NCBI GenBank assembly: GCA_964391315.1
Contig: CAYMJR010000001.1
Location: forward strand, 141,983 to 205,982
Direction: 5' to 3'
DNA: 64,000 bases
DNA from: an uncultured Gammaproteobacteria bacterium
Lineage (GTDB): Bacteria; Patescibacteriota; Microgenomatia; Levybacterales; UBA12049
Position numbers and translations under genes: made by a program. The notes below the pieces were generated by a model. It had not been told where the DNA came from, made no database searches, and saw only the letters and a list, made by a program, of their open reading frames with translations. Shown in pieces: positions 45,759-56,214 of this stretch; the first letter of the stretch is position 1, and every line of letters starts with the position of its first letter.

Positions 45759-48700
45759 TTAATGAGTTCCTTCATTGTTAATCACCTCCTCTCCGTTTGG
45801 ATTACCCCCTGCCGGGCTTGGGGACGACACTGGAGTTGTTGGCGTTGGTAAAATAGTTGGTTTGCTTTCAAATGTTTGCGGATCGTCAACAATGAGTGCT
45901 GTCCATGAGAATGAAATATCTTCATCTGCAGATTTGTTAAGAAGAATCGTAAAACCTTGGGTAGTTCTCTTGGTGACAATATAGCTGATGCCACTAGCAA
46001 GCACCTTTTGGCTCAATACTTCATTTGGATCTTTTGGATATGAAACGCCTGTCGGAACAGATGATGGTGTCGGAGTTTCATCAAAGCTAATACTGACGTT
46101 TACCACCGGTGTTTTCTGGTATGGTTTATCAAAAACAACGTCTACCCTATCTGAATCTTTTTTGATGATAGCAAAACCAGCAGTATCTTTGCTAAAGGTT
46201 GGTGGTGTTGCAAAAGAAACATTTGCCTTAAAGACAACATCATCAAGGAATGTCGCAACGCCACTGACAACCAAATTCTTCGTCATAAGCGTGTCAACAA
46301 CAGTGAAAATGCCTTCCACAAGACCATTTTGCTTTACGCGAAGTGATGATGAGATTGTCGCCAAGCCATCAACATCCAGGCTCTTAAGTGATAATGAATC
46401 ATCCCTAGTCGTAGCAGATGATGATGCAAGAACACTAGCATCAGGAGCAGAAACAAAATTCGCAGATGTTGATGCTCCCAACACATTTTCTGCCAATAAC
46501 TGTTTAAATAACTTCTCTCCTGATTGCTGAGTGAGTAAACCGGAAACAGCGATCGATTTATCCGGTTGCTGATTGTGCTGTTGTTTACGCATTACATCTA
46601 TAACAATACTTGCTATATAGTCACGAAGCGTCTGTCCGCCAATTGAAATATTTTCTGTAGTGACAGTTAAAGAATTAGTTGTGATATCGCCAACGGTAAG
46701 AATACCTGCTGTGATATTATCTTTGACATTCAAATACCCATCAATTGTCATTGATTGAGCAACACCATAACCAATTTGGATATTACCCACAGCAGCCTGA
46801 GCAAAGGTACCAATACGACTAACGGTATTGTTTGCAGTATCGGTAAGAGTATAGAATGGTGTCAATGCTCCTGACTCAGAACTATCACTAGCAGACTGTG
46901 TTGCAGGATGAAGAGTGAAAGTATCGAGAGATGCAAGGGTGACATCCGGAGCATAAAATTGTTTATTGATAAAAACAACCACTGTTCCTATACCATTTGA
47001 TGTATATCCTTCCATTGCCTGACCAATAACGTATCCTGCCTCTGTTGCTTTCATGGCAACACCGGGAGTTGATGATATGGTTAAGAAATCTCCTGGCAAA
47101 ATCGATCCATTTTCGGTACTGACCTTAACAGGCACACGTCCGGCAAGTGCAACTGCAACTTTCGGATCAAGGACAGTACCATCATCCAATAACTCTCCAG
47201 GCTTGGTTGAGATGATACCAATTGCTGATTGAATCTTTGTCTTACTTGCTTTTGCTACACGACTTACCGATCCTGATGTTTCCAAACCGACAACATCACC
47301 AGGTTGTGGCACATCACTTGGATCTGCAGGATAATTTTCTGCATAGTCAAGACCTTGCGTAATTGTATTTGGGGTTACTCTTATAGCGTCGATATTAGTA
47401 TTTGTTGCTACACCTGCACCAATCAGGATATGAACACGTCCCCATTGTGTTCCAGCTGGAGGAGTAACAACTCCACCACTAGCATTCCAGGCATTAGCAT
47501 TTGTTGCTGTAATTGTCAGAGGAGCTGAAATACCTGCACTGCCTAAGTTATTTGCTGCACAATTTGCTTTAGAGGAATAACCATCAATATATGCTCTCAC
47601 AGTAGGATTGGCAACTGAGGGTCTTACTTGCATACTTAAGGAATAAGCTTGATTACTTATCGGTACACACGCTGAATAGAAGACAGCCTGTCCGGTTGCT
47701 CCAAGCACTGCTCTTGCTGAGTTGTTGCCATGCGCTGCAGCTGCTCCCCCACCATTATCGATAATTAATGAACTTGACGTCGAAGCTGCCCGTACCCATC
47801 CGTCAGCAAATCCAAATCCTGCTGAGGTACTTGCTTCAAATGATGAGTTAGGAATAATACTTCCTGAGTCTCCAAGCGCATTGACAAAGGAAGTGGTACC
47901 GTTATTTGTGGTCGCAGCGCTGTTACTTGCGAAAGAGATCATATCACCCTGGAGCAGTACATTTCCTGCTTGAGAAACAGTGAATCTTGTTTGTCCACCA
48001 GATGAGGCGGTAAAGAGATCTCCATTACCAGAATTGTCAACTACCATACTAGCAAATGAAGTTTTACCAGAAACAGAAGCAACAGGACGTGTACCTCCAT
48101 TCAAACCAGTTGTTGCACGTAGATCAAGAGAAGCAAGTGGGTTGGATGTTCCGACACCTAAATAATTTCCTGCAACAGGATTAATGATGATATTACCTGT
48201 TGTCGTGCCACCAATTGTCAAAGTCTGGTTTGCTGTTGTTTGTAGAACCCCAGTCGCTGTCAAATATGCTCCGCCTGCGAGTCCTGCTGAAAGTGATGCA
48301 GTTGGTGTCCCGCCTGCAACATTAAGAACAGTAAATTTAGCAGAGCTTGTTGAAATACCACCGATTAATAAATCTTGAGTTATGATTCTCTCCGTAATTG
48401 CACCATTATTGGTCTGTTCGAGTGGTGATCCTCCGTTAGCGATACCAAGAATACCAGTCACATCTGCTGAATTCAAATTGACTGCTGAAAATGTCGGTGC
48501 TCCTGCTCCATTACCATGAAGAATGGTATTTGCTCCACCTTGTACCTGAATGAACTTACCCGTAGCATCCGTGTAAAACACTCCTCCATTTAATTGATAA
48601 TTTGATGCAACAATTGCTCCATTGTTCTGAATCGTAAACGTTGGTACACCCCCATGACTCGCTGTCAAAAGATCTCCTACACCTGAATTATTCACAACCA

Positions 48701-50528
48701 ATGAAGCAAAAGAAGTATTAGCTCCAACTGATGCAACTGCTTGCGTCCCTGCAAAGGCACTTGAACCATATAAATGGAATGTCGCAGATGATGTTGCAAC
48801 TCCTCCAAACAACAAATCAACTGTTCCGTTGTATGGTGTGATTGTGCCATTGGCAGTTGATTGCCAGAAGTTGGTCCCCAATGCACAGCTCCCCCAACTC
48901 GGAACTGTCCCTGTCGAAATAAGACAGGTGTTTGCTCCACCTATCGCCAAGGAATTCAACGCTGTTGATCCTCCCGCCCCATACAACAGCGCCCCACTAT
49001 TAAATGATGATTGCCCTGTACCTCCATTCCCTACTCCCAACGTACTCGTCACATCTGCTGAATTCAAATTGACTGCTGAAAATGTCGGTGCTCCTGCTCC
49101 ATTACCATGAAGAATGGTATTTGCTCCACCTTGTACCTGAATGAACTTACCCGTAGCATCCGTGTAAAACACTCCTCCATTTAATTGATAATTTGATGCA
49201 ACAATTGCTCCATTGTTCTGAATCGTAAACGTTGGTACACCCCCATGACTCGCTGTCAAAAGATCTCCTACACCTGAATTATTCACAACCAATGAAGCAA
49301 ATGATGTAGTCCCTGAAAAAGTTGCAACTGGCACTGTGCCACCATTGAGTCCGGTTGCTCCACGAACATCGAGTGTCGCAACCGGTGCTACCGTCCCAAT
49401 CCCAACATACATTCGAGCAAGAGGATTAAGAATGACATGTCCACTTGTTGAATTACCAAGGATCAGGCTTTGATTTGCCGTTGTGGTAATCGTTCCTGAT
49501 GCTGACAGAGAGAGCCCTCCTGTCACCCCTGCTGAAAGTGATGCTGTTGGTGTCCCACCTGCTATATTGAGAAAACCAAATTTTGCAGATGATGTTGCAA
49601 CACCACCCAAAAGTACATCAAGTGTTGTATTCCCGGAGTATAAAATTCCATTTGCTGAATTGACATTCCAAGTTGGATTACTTGGACAATTTGACCAACC
49701 AGGGGTATTGGAAGCAGAAACCAAACAAAGACCTGCTGTTGTTGTCGTTGCTGCTCCAAGTGCTCCTGATCCACCCGTATAGAGAACGCTATTGTTGTTT
49801 GTCGCAAATCCAGGAAGTGTAATACCTCCCCCACTTTTTCCGAAAGTGATTGTTGTTGCATTTGTGTCTCCAATCAACATTGTTCCGCTACTTCCACTAT
49901 CAAGACGAAGCGAATTTGCACCATTAGACAAAATCGTCAAACCGTTGCTGCTTGTTGGGGTAATAGTCAACCCAAGTGTTATATCATCATTGAGTGTCAG
50001 GGTCTTTGGAGTACTCGAGCCACCAGTCAAAGTAAATCCTGTTGCGCTTTGTGTTGCAACAACCCCATCAAGTTTGTCAGCATTAAGTGCATATGGTACT
50101 GCTGCAAATCGAATACGTGGTGTCATCTCTGAGTCAGTTCCAACTTTGATACCGAGATAGATGGTGTCTGAATTAAAATTAACCCCTGCAAGTGAATTGA
50201 CTGAACCAAGGGCTACTTGAAAAATACCGTTACTTGTCGTGACACTTTGTGTCTCTGTCCAAAGGTTAGTCCCTCCACTTGATGCATCATAGAGAGTAAA
50301 GACAACTGAATAAGTGCCATTTGTAACATTGGTTCCATCACTTTTTGAAAGTTTCCCCTGGAAATTGATTGTCTTATTGATGCCAGTCGCCGCTTCTGCA
50401 GAAGAAACAAGAAATGAGATTTGAGAAACGAAAAATAACGCAAAAACCGTCAAAACTAACTGGACAGAATTTTTGTTTGTTCTTCCATAATTTTGTGATT
50501 TGAAATCTAATACTGATGACTCTCTCAT
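45759..50528 (-). CDS. Giant secreted Gly/Thr/Ser-rich fibre/adhesin-like protein (1589 aa)
   Basis: Signal peptide; INFQGKL..EMTPRI..VPYA N-domain; repeats; VGIGT..P...LDV motifs; DYAE..AGRVPVKVS.ENG.I..GD.LT domain. Confidence 0.8.
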   Translation of the reverse strand: MRESSVLDFKSQNYGRTNKNSVQLVLTVFALFFVSQISFLVSSAEAATGINKTINFQGKLSKSDGTNVTNGTYSVVFTLYDASSGGTNLWTETQSVTTSNGIFQVALGSVNSLAGVNFNSDTIYLGIKVGTDSEMTPRIRFAAVPYALNADKLDGVVATQSATGFTLTGGSSTPKTLTLNDDITLGLTITPTSSNGLTILSNGANSLRLDSGSSGTMLIGDTNATTITFGKSGGGITLPGFATNNNSVLYTGGSGALGAATTTTAGLCLVSASNTPGWSNCPSNPTWNVNSANGILYSGNTTLDVLLGGVATSSAKFGFLNIAGGTPTASLSAGVTGGLSLSASGTITTTANQSLILGNSTSGHVILNPLARMYVGIGTVAPVATLDVRGATGLNGGTVPVATFSGTTSFASLVVNNSGVGDLLTASHGGVPTFTIQNNGAIVASNYQLNGGVFYTDATGKFIQVQGGANTILHGNGAGAPTFSAVNLNSADVTSTLGVGNGGTGQSSFNSGALLYGAGGSTALNSLAIGGANTCLISTGTVPSWGSCALGTNFWQSTANGTITPYNGTVDLLFGGVATSSATFHLYGSSAFAGTQAVASVGANTSFASLVVNNSGVGDLLTASHGGVPTFTIQNNGAIVASNYQLNGGVFYTDATGKFIQVQGGANTILHGNGAGAPTFSAVNLNSADVTGILGIANGGSPLEQTNNGAITERIITQDLLIGGISTSSAKFTVLNVAGGTPTASLSAGLAGGAYLTATGVLQTTANQTLTIGGTTTGNIIINPVAGNYLGVGTSNPLASLDLRATTGLNGGTRPVASVSGKTSFASMVVDNSGNGDLFTASSGGQTRFTVSQAGNVLLQGDMISFASNSAATTNNGTTSFVNALGDSGSIIPNSSFEASTSAGFGFADGWVRAASTSSSLIIDNGGGAAAAHGNNSARAVLGATGQAVFYSACVPISNQAYSLSMQVRPSVANPTVRAYIDGYSSKANCAANNLGSAGISAPLTITATNANAWNASGGVVTPPAGTQWGRVHILIGAGVATNTNIDAIRVTPNTITQGLDYAENYPADPSDVPQPGDVVGLETSGSVSRVAKASKTKIQSAIGIISTKPGELLDDGTVLDPKVAVALAGRVPVKVSTENGSILPGDFLTISSTPGVAMKATEAGYVIGQAMEGYTSNGIGTVVVFINKQFYAPDVTLASLDTFTLHPATQSASDSSESGALTPFYTLTDTANNTVSRIGTFAQAAVGNIQIGYGVAQSMTIDGYLNVKDNITAGILTVGDITTNSLTVTTENISIGGQTLRDYIASIVIDVMRKQQHNQQPDKSIAVSGLLTQQSGEKLFKQLLAENVLGASTSANFVSAPDASVLASSSATTRDDSLSLKSLDVDGLATISSSLRVKQNGLVEGIFTVVDTLMTKNLVVSGVATFLDDVVFKANVSFATPPTFSKDTAGFAIIKKDSDRVDVVFDKPYQKTPVVNVSISFDETPTPSSVPTGVSYPKDPNEVLSQKVLASGISYIVTKRTTQGFTILLNKSADEDISFSWTALIVDDPQTFESKPTILPTPTTPVSSPSPAGGNPNGEEVINNEGTH
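48457..49301. repeat. 254-bp intragenic direct repeat (48457-48710 and 49048-49301)
   Basis: Identical FASLVVNNSGVG...NLNSADVT blocks 591 bp apart. Confidence 0.9.
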
Positions 50529-50710
50529 ATATTAATAAAGCTTATCAAGTATCTCCTAGCCTCAAGCAACTCGTCAAATATTGACAAATTTTGTATAAAA
50601 TTGCATACTATTGTTAACAATTGCATACTTTGATTGAGCCGGTTTTTTGGCTGATTTACACCATTTTTTATCCGTGTTAATCTTAAATTAATCCGTGTCA
50701 ATCTTTTACA

Positions 50711-50992
50711 ATGAACAACCTGCTCAGTGTCAAACAAGTGGCATTTATTTTAAAGGTCCATCCCCTGACGATTCGTCGTTACATAAATGAAAAAAAATTA
50801 AAAGCAGTCAGAGTCGGCGGTAATGTCCGGATTGCAGAACTAGAAGTCGAAAATTTTCATAAAGATATCGATGCCCCATCAGTCGAAAAAACAACTTTCC
50901 GAAAATTCAAGAAAGTCGCAGACAAGCAATTTTCACTGGAAGATCCATTGCTCCGTCTTCAAGGACGAGCAGCGAGTCTAAAATTAACGTAG
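50711..50992 (+). CDS. BldC/excisionase-like HTH protein
   Basis: LLSVKQVAFILKVHPLTIRRYINEKKLKAVRVGGNVRI. Confidence 0.85.
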   Translation: MNNLLSVKQVAFILKVHPLTIRRYINEKKLKAVRVGGNVRIAELEVENFHKDIDAPSVEKTTFRKFKKVADKQFSLEDPLLRLQGRAASLKLT

Positions 50993-51066
50993 GGATTAAT
51001 GATTAGTAAAGTTTTAAATTTTATAATTGTGTAAAATGCTAACCACTAAGCCCTAATTACTAAACT

Positions 51067-51486
51067 ATGCTGAGTAAAAAAGTATTTATAGCACCTGATG
51101 GGTTTGTCGCCTTTATCGACCGAGCGCACCCAAAACACATCCATGCTGCCGCGCAGTTTCGTTACTTCGCCCAAAATACCTACCAGATCTATACAACAAT
51201 CATCGCCCTCAATGACGCTTACCAAACCTTTTATAACACCATCAGTCCTTCGGTTGCCAGAGACTTTCTGCGGGCAATCGAACTCAGTAGTATCAATCTT
51301 ATTTATCCTGAAGAATCAGATATCAAAAGAAGTCTCCGAGCAATTGCCACCACACAATCAGCAGACATGACATTTGCAACAGTTCTTGCTGCAACAATTT
51401 GTAATAAGAAAAGTATTCCACAGGTTTGTACATTCTCCTACTTCCCAGCGCTTTTCGGATTGCAAGTATTCTTCCTACCTATATAG
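51067..51486 (+). CDS. PIN-domain (VapC-like) protein, degenerate active site
   Basis: VFI...FVAFID..HPKH..A fold pattern; conserved Asp positions substituted. Confidence 0.65.
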   Translation: MLSKKVFIAPDGFVAFIDRAHPKHIHAAAQFRYFAQNTYQIYTTIIALNDAYQTFYNTISPSVARDFLRAIELSSINLIYPEESDIKRSLRAIATTQSADMTFATVLAATICNKKSIPQVCTFSYFPALFGLQVFFLPI

Positions 51487-51516
51487 AATAGTAGTATGTA
51501 ACTTGTATTAAGTATT

Positions 51517-52632
51517 ATGAAGAATATATATCAAAATATTAAGCAAAATATCAATTTATATAGTAATATATCTATATTAATATCCTTTTTTTTCCTTGTT
51601 ACATGCTACATATTACTTAATACTCCTGAAGCAGCCGCCCAGATGCCCCAAAGCACTAATTATCAACTCCAGTCGTATAGCTTTGGATCAGGCACTGCAT
51701 CTTCTTCATCGCAAACATATAATCTTTTCGGAGCTGCAGGAGAAGTTGAAATTGGAAGTTCTTCTTCTCAAACACTTAATACCACAGGCGGACTCACCTA
51801 TCTTATGCAAGCCAACGTTCCAGGTATCCCAACATTAACAAATCCAGGAAACAACTATGACCGGTTGAAATTTATCATTGATACTGACAACAATCCTTCC
51901 GATACTGTCTATGCAATCGCCATAAGTACCGACAACTTCGTATCTGATATCCGATATATTAAAAGCGATAACACAATCGGGACGTCACTCACAGCTAGTG
52001 ATTATCAAACCTACACGGCGTGGGGCGGAGCAACAGGAGCATATGTCACTGGACTTGTGCAAGGAACTACGTACTACATAAAAGTAAAAGCAAAAGAAGG
52101 CGATTTTACGGAAAGTCAGTACAGCTCAGTTGCATCTGCGACTACCTCCAATGCACAATTGACCTTTAGTGTCGATAGTTCAACCCTCACCTTTGATAAT
52201 CTCAACGCTGGTAATTCGTATACTGATAGCAACAAAACCACAGTTCTTACTACATCGACAAATGCGTATAACGGCTATGTCATTAACGCTCGTGAGACCC
52301 AACCGCTTACTGCAACCGGATTTGGAACGATTGCTGATTATGGTAGTCCGAATTCTGCACCGACCGCCTGGTCAGGATATGGTTTTGGTTATACGACGAA
52401 TGATAGTAGCCTAACAGGTGGGACAGCTGATCGTTTCACAAACGGCGGACCTAATTATGCAGGATTCACTACCTCATCTCCAGGTGATCCGGTTGCCGAT
52501 CATCCTGGTCCGGTGACAAGCTCAATTTCCAACGAGCAATTTACTATTAGTTATAAAGTCGCAGTCCAAAACACACAAAAAGCAGCAAAATACACAACAA
52601 ATATACTATATATAGTAGTACCGAGTTATTAA
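51517..52632 (+). CDS. Secreted protein: FN3-like domain plus WxL-like C-terminal domain
   Basis: Signal peptide; GLVQGTTYYIKVKA; TSTNAYNGY, FGYTTN, QKAAKYTTNILYIVVPSY. Confidence 0.7.
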   Translation: MKNIYQNIKQNINLYSNISILISFFFLVTCYILLNTPEAAAQMPQSTNYQLQSYSFGSGTASSSSQTYNLFGAAGEVEIGSSSSQTLNTTGGLTYLMQANVPGIPTLTNPGNNYDRLKFIIDTDNNPSDTVYAIAISTDNFVSDIRYIKSDNTIGTSLTASDYQTYTAWGGATGAYVTGLVQGTTYYIKVKAKEGDFTESQYSSVASATTSNAQLTFSVDSSTLTFDNLNAGNSYTDSNKTTVLTTSTNAYNGYVINARETQPLTATGFGTIADYGSPNSAPTAWSGYGFGYTTNDSSLTGGTADRFTNGGPNYAGFTTSSPGDPVADHPGPVTSSISNEQFTISYKVAVQNTQKAAKYTTNILYIVVPSY

Positions 52633-52635
52633 GCA

Positions 52636-53580
52636 ATGAAACAATATAACAATCGAGCAATCATTTTCTTACTCTTTTCTTTTTGCGGTTTGCTTTTTGC
52701 TATCCCAGTTCATGCACAAACAAAACAACCACAACAAATTCTCAGCATCTCGCCTATCATCATCGACGTTCCCCTTTCACCTGGTAAAACCTATACCAAA
52801 GAAATCACTATCCAAAATATGACAGACAATCCACTACCGCTTCAAGCAAATCTCAATGATTTTCAAACGACCGGTGAAGAAGGTGGATACGTCTTTGAAG
52901 AGACACACACCAATCCTCTTTTATCATGGATCAATATTAGTAATACTGATCTTATCCTTAATCCCAAAGAAATCAAAAAAATCCAAATGACAATCAAAAC
53001 ACCTAAAGAAATTCCTCTTGGCGGCTATTATGGCATGCTCTTTTTCCAACCAGTTCTACAGGATAATACAGAAACCATTACGCATATAGTACCCAAGGTA
53101 GGCGTATTGCTTATTGCAAGTATTGGTGTCCCTGATCTTTCGGCAAAAAAAGCAGAAATTCCCACCTTCTCAATTGGATTCTTCCAAAAGAACAATCAAA
53201 TTCCGTTCCTCTTACGTGTCAAAAATGTTTCACTTCATTTCTTTACTGCTAAACCAATTCTCAAAATCACACCTGTCATAAGATTTACAAACACCGATTT
53301 ACGGCCCATCTATCTTGAAGAAAAACTCCTCTTCCAGGACAAAATCCGCAGATGGGAACAAACAATAACACTTCCTAATAACACACCCAATATCTACAAA
53401 GCACACTTGATACTCTCAACAGGCAACGGAGAAGATATAACGCAAGATACTTATTTTGTGTTACTGCCAGGAATAAATAGTATCGGTATTATCATTCTTG
53501 TTCTTCTTTTCCTTTTAGGAATTATCTGGAAGAAACGAGTAATAAGAGCAATAAAAATACTCATCGGCAAAAAAAGTTAA
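52636..53580 (+). CDS. DUF916/WxLIP- or PapD-like protein with C-terminal TM
   Basis: LSISP...LSPGK....ITIQN, SWI, P.EIPLGGYYGMLFF; TM plus basic tail. Confidence 0.7.
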   Translation: MKQYNNRAIIFLLFSFCGLLFAIPVHAQTKQPQQILSISPIIIDVPLSPGKTYTKEITIQNMTDNPLPLQANLNDFQTTGEEGGYVFEETHTNPLLSWINISNTDLILNPKEIKKIQMTIKTPKEIPLGGYYGMLFFQPVLQDNTETITHIVPKVGVLLIASIGVPDLSAKKAEIPTFSIGFFQKNNQIPFLLRVKNVSLHFFTAKPILKITPVIRFTNTDLRPIYLEEKLLFQDKIRRWEQTITLPNNTPNIYKAHLILSTGNGEDITQDTYFVLLPGINSIGIIILVLLFLLGIIWKKRVIRAIKILIGKKS

Positions 53581-53632
53581 AAAATAATTAACAACTCAGC
53601 ACTTTATCTGTGCTCTAGCTTTATTTCTCCTC

Positions 53633-53662
53633 TTGACAAGGTAAAGAAAAGTCTTCTATGAT
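53633..53662 (+). promoter_or_regulatory. Internal promoter for a leaderless transcript of 53669
   Basis: TTGACA-18 nt-TATGAT, ATG 6 nt downstream. Confidence 0.65.
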
Positions 53663-53668
53663 TATTTT

Positions 53669-54787
53669 ATGCATTTAGATCCTGTCCAATTAAACGCATT
53701 AAAATATGTAAGAAAATTCCTTACTGTTGCGATTATTGTTGTTCTTCTTGCATGTCCTCCATTGGTAAATCTGTTCGTTTTACAATCTCACGCAGCAGGC
53801 ACCCCCTCCCCAGCAAAGATTACTATTAATAACTCACAAGCAGGAGCAACGGGAGTAACCTATGAATTACGATATACAGCAACTGCAAGTACAGGTATTC
53901 AACGACTCACTATCCAATTTTGTACGACAGCATCTGGTACCTGCACAACGCCAACAGGCATGACAACAACAGGTGCCACACGTACCGTAAGTAATGTTTC
54001 CGGTACATCTCCAGCTGATACATTTGGTGTCAATGGTACTCTCCGGACAGACTGGACAGCAGCAACCCAAAGTCCTCTAGGGGTAATTTATACAGTATCA
54101 GGCATTACCAACCCTTCAACCATTAATACTACATTCTATGCAAGAGTCACATCCTACTCTGATGCAGGTGTAACCGCAATTGATAATGTTAATCTAGCAA
54201 TTGCAGTTCTTGATACAGGTTCTATTGCAGTTTCAGCAACAGTTGATCCAAACTTTAGTTTTACTGTGACTCGGGCCGTTACAGGAAATGTCAATGGCGA
54301 TACCATTAACGTCAGTTCAACATCGAATAATAGTATTCCTTTTGGTACATTAAATACCACTGTCGCTTCAGTTGCTGCACATGATATTACTATTACTACC
54401 AACGCTAATAATGGATACCAGGTAACTGCATCCACTTCAGCAACTCCTCCTCTTGTGTCAGGTGCAAATTCCATCAGTGATTTCAGTGGTACTAACGCAT
54501 CTCCTACAAACTGGTCAGCTCCTGCGGGTTCATCACCAAATGTTAATACCGGTTACTTTGGTTACACCACAAATAGCACAACACTCTGTACAGGCAGTGC
54601 AACTAGATTTACTAGCGGTGGACCAAATTATGCCGGCTTTACAACAACAGGTCAAGAGGTTGCCTGTAGTAGTACACCTGTCAACAACGTAACAACACGT
54701 GTCGGATGGAAATTACAGATTAATACTATCCAACCAGCTGGTGCATATACAGGAACAATTATCTTGGTGGCTACACCAACGTATTAG
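53669..54787 (+). CDS. Secreted Thr-rich two-domain protein with WxL-like C-terminal domain (candidate major subunit)
   Basis: VSATVDPNFSFTV, TTNANNGY, FGYTTN, QPAGAYTGTIILVATPTY. Confidence 0.7.
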   Translation: MHLDPVQLNALKYVRKFLTVAIIVVLLACPPLVNLFVLQSHAAGTPSPAKITINNSQAGATGVTYELRYTATASTGIQRLTIQFCTTASGTCTTPTGMTTTGATRTVSNVSGTSPADTFGVNGTLRTDWTAATQSPLGVIYTVSGITNPSTINTTFYARVTSYSDAGVTAIDNVNLAIAVLDTGSIAVSATVDPNFSFTVTRAVTGNVNGDTINVSSTSNNSIPFGTLNTTVASVAAHDITITTNANNGYQVTASTSATPPLVSGANSISDFSGTNASPTNWSAPAGSSPNVNTGYFGYTTNSTTLCTGSATRFTSGGPNYAGFTTTGQEVACSSTPVNNVTTRVGWKLQINTIQPAGAYTGTIILVATPTY

Positions 54788-54811
54788 ATTGCTATATGGC
54801 TAAATGGTTCT

Positions 54812-54849
54812 ATGGTTAAAACGTTTCAACCGTAGAACGTTTTAACCAT
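54812..54849. repeat. Perfect 14-bp inverted repeat (mRNA stem-loop)
   Basis: ATGGTTAAAACGTT / AACGTTTTAACCAT. Confidence 0.8.
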
Positions 54850-54855
54850 TTAACA

Positions 54856-55770
54856 ATGAATAAAACTAAATTACTTGCTATTGGAGCAATTATAGTTGCA
54901 GTAGGAATTGGCTCCATTAGTCTTCATTCCTTTGTCACTGCACAAGATACAGGTCAAGGACTGACAGTATCTCCACCTTCTCAGGAGGTAACAATTGACC
55001 CAGGTAAAACTACCATCGTCAAAGCAAAAATTAGGAACAATAGTAACAATACACTCCCTATGCAGGTTCACATTGAAGACTTTACTGCTAAAGGAGATGC
55101 AGGACAAATTGCGTTAAATAGCAATAGTCCCTACAGTGTCGCTTCATGGACCAAAGTATCGCCATCATCCTTTAGCTTACCAGCAGGATCAGAACAGGAA
55201 GTTACTGCGACAATTACTGCACCAGCAAATGCTGCAGGAGGTCACTTTGGTTCATTTGTTTTTGCAGTCCAAGCTGATAAATCAACAGGCAACACTGCTT
55301 CAGTTACTCAAGAAATTGCCTCCTTATTCTTGGTAAGAGTAAGTGGCCCAATTGATGAGAAATTGGATCTTACTTCATTATCAGCACCTTCCTACTCTGA
55401 ATTTGGGCCAGTTACTTTTGATATGAAATTTAAAAATAGCGGTAATGTCTATACAAAAACATACGGACTTATCAATGTGACAGATATGTTTGGCAATAAA
55501 GTCGCTGATATTGTAGTCCGCGGGGTCAATATCTTCCCAGATTCTGATAGAATTGTCCAAGCATCGTTAGATAAAAAATTCCTGATTGGAAATTACCACG
55601 CAACAGCATTATTGTACTATGGCACCCAAACAACACAAAGTTTGACCGCATCAACTACCTTCTTTGTCTTCCCCACAAGAATCGCTGTAATAATTATTGT
55701 CATCCTTGCAGTTCTGTATCTTATGAGAAAAAGACTCAAGAAAGCGCTCAAGGCTTTGGGTGGGAAATAA
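54856..55770 (+). CDS. DUF916/WxLIP- or PapD-like protein with C-terminal TM
   Basis: GLTVSPP..E..IDPG, SW, PANAAGGHFG, FKNSGNVY; TM plus basic tail. Confidence 0.72.
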   Translation: MNKTKLLAIGAIIVAVGIGSISLHSFVTAQDTGQGLTVSPPSQEVTIDPGKTTIVKAKIRNNSNNTLPMQVHIEDFTAKGDAGQIALNSNSPYSVASWTKVSPSSFSLPAGSEQEVTATITAPANAAGGHFGSFVFAVQADKSTGNTASVTQEIASLFLVRVSGPIDEKLDLTSLSAPSYSEFGPVTFDMKFKNSGNVYTKTYGLINVTDMFGNKVADIVVRGVNIFPDSDRIVQASLDKKFLIGNYHATALLYYGTQTTQSLTASTTFFVFPTRIAVIIIVILAVLYLMRKRLKKALKALGGK

Positions 55771-55776
55771 GCTCCT

Positions 55777-56193
55777 ATGAAAAAATCCCTCGTGGTATTT
55801 ATTGTTGCCTTCGTAGCAGGTTTTCTTACTCATGCCTTTCTTTTCCCTGATTTCTTGGCAAATGGTATTATGGATATTACTCAAGTTGCCTTACCAATTG
55901 CCACACCTACTCCAGTTTCCTCAGGTTCACAAGATACCTTTGAAACATATATTACCTATAAAGATGGCAGTTTTAATCGACACAATATCACTATTGGTGT
56001 TGGGAATTATCTTAATATTACCAACATGTCTACAAGTCATCCTATGTGGCTTACGTCCAATGACACACAACTTGCAACGGTTCGTGGTTATGGTGAATCA
56101 GAACGTGTCAGAGAACGAATGGATACAAGAGGTCAGTTTGTGGTAGTAGATAAAAACAACCCCAGCGAAAAACTCGTAATAACAGTGAGGTAG
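55777..56193 (+). CDS. Small exported cupredoxin-fold-like protein
   Basis: ITY..G.F....I..G....I.N pattern; no clear Cu ligands. Confidence 0.5.
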   Translation: MKKSLVVFIVAFVAGFLTHAFLFPDFLANGIMDITQVALPIATPTPVSSGSQDTFETYITYKDGSFNRHNITIGVGNYLNITNMSTSHPMWLTSNDTQLATVRGYGESERVRERMDTRGQFVVVDKNNPSEKLVITVR

Positions 56194-56214
56194 AGTTTTT
56201 GCTATGCTAGAAGT

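Noticed and set aside
39293-50992. Prophage or ICE suggested by two excisionase-like HTHs and a tail-fibre-like gene
   Set aside because: No integrase, terminase, capsid or conjugation genes; the fibre has a signal peptide and neighbours are cellular genes
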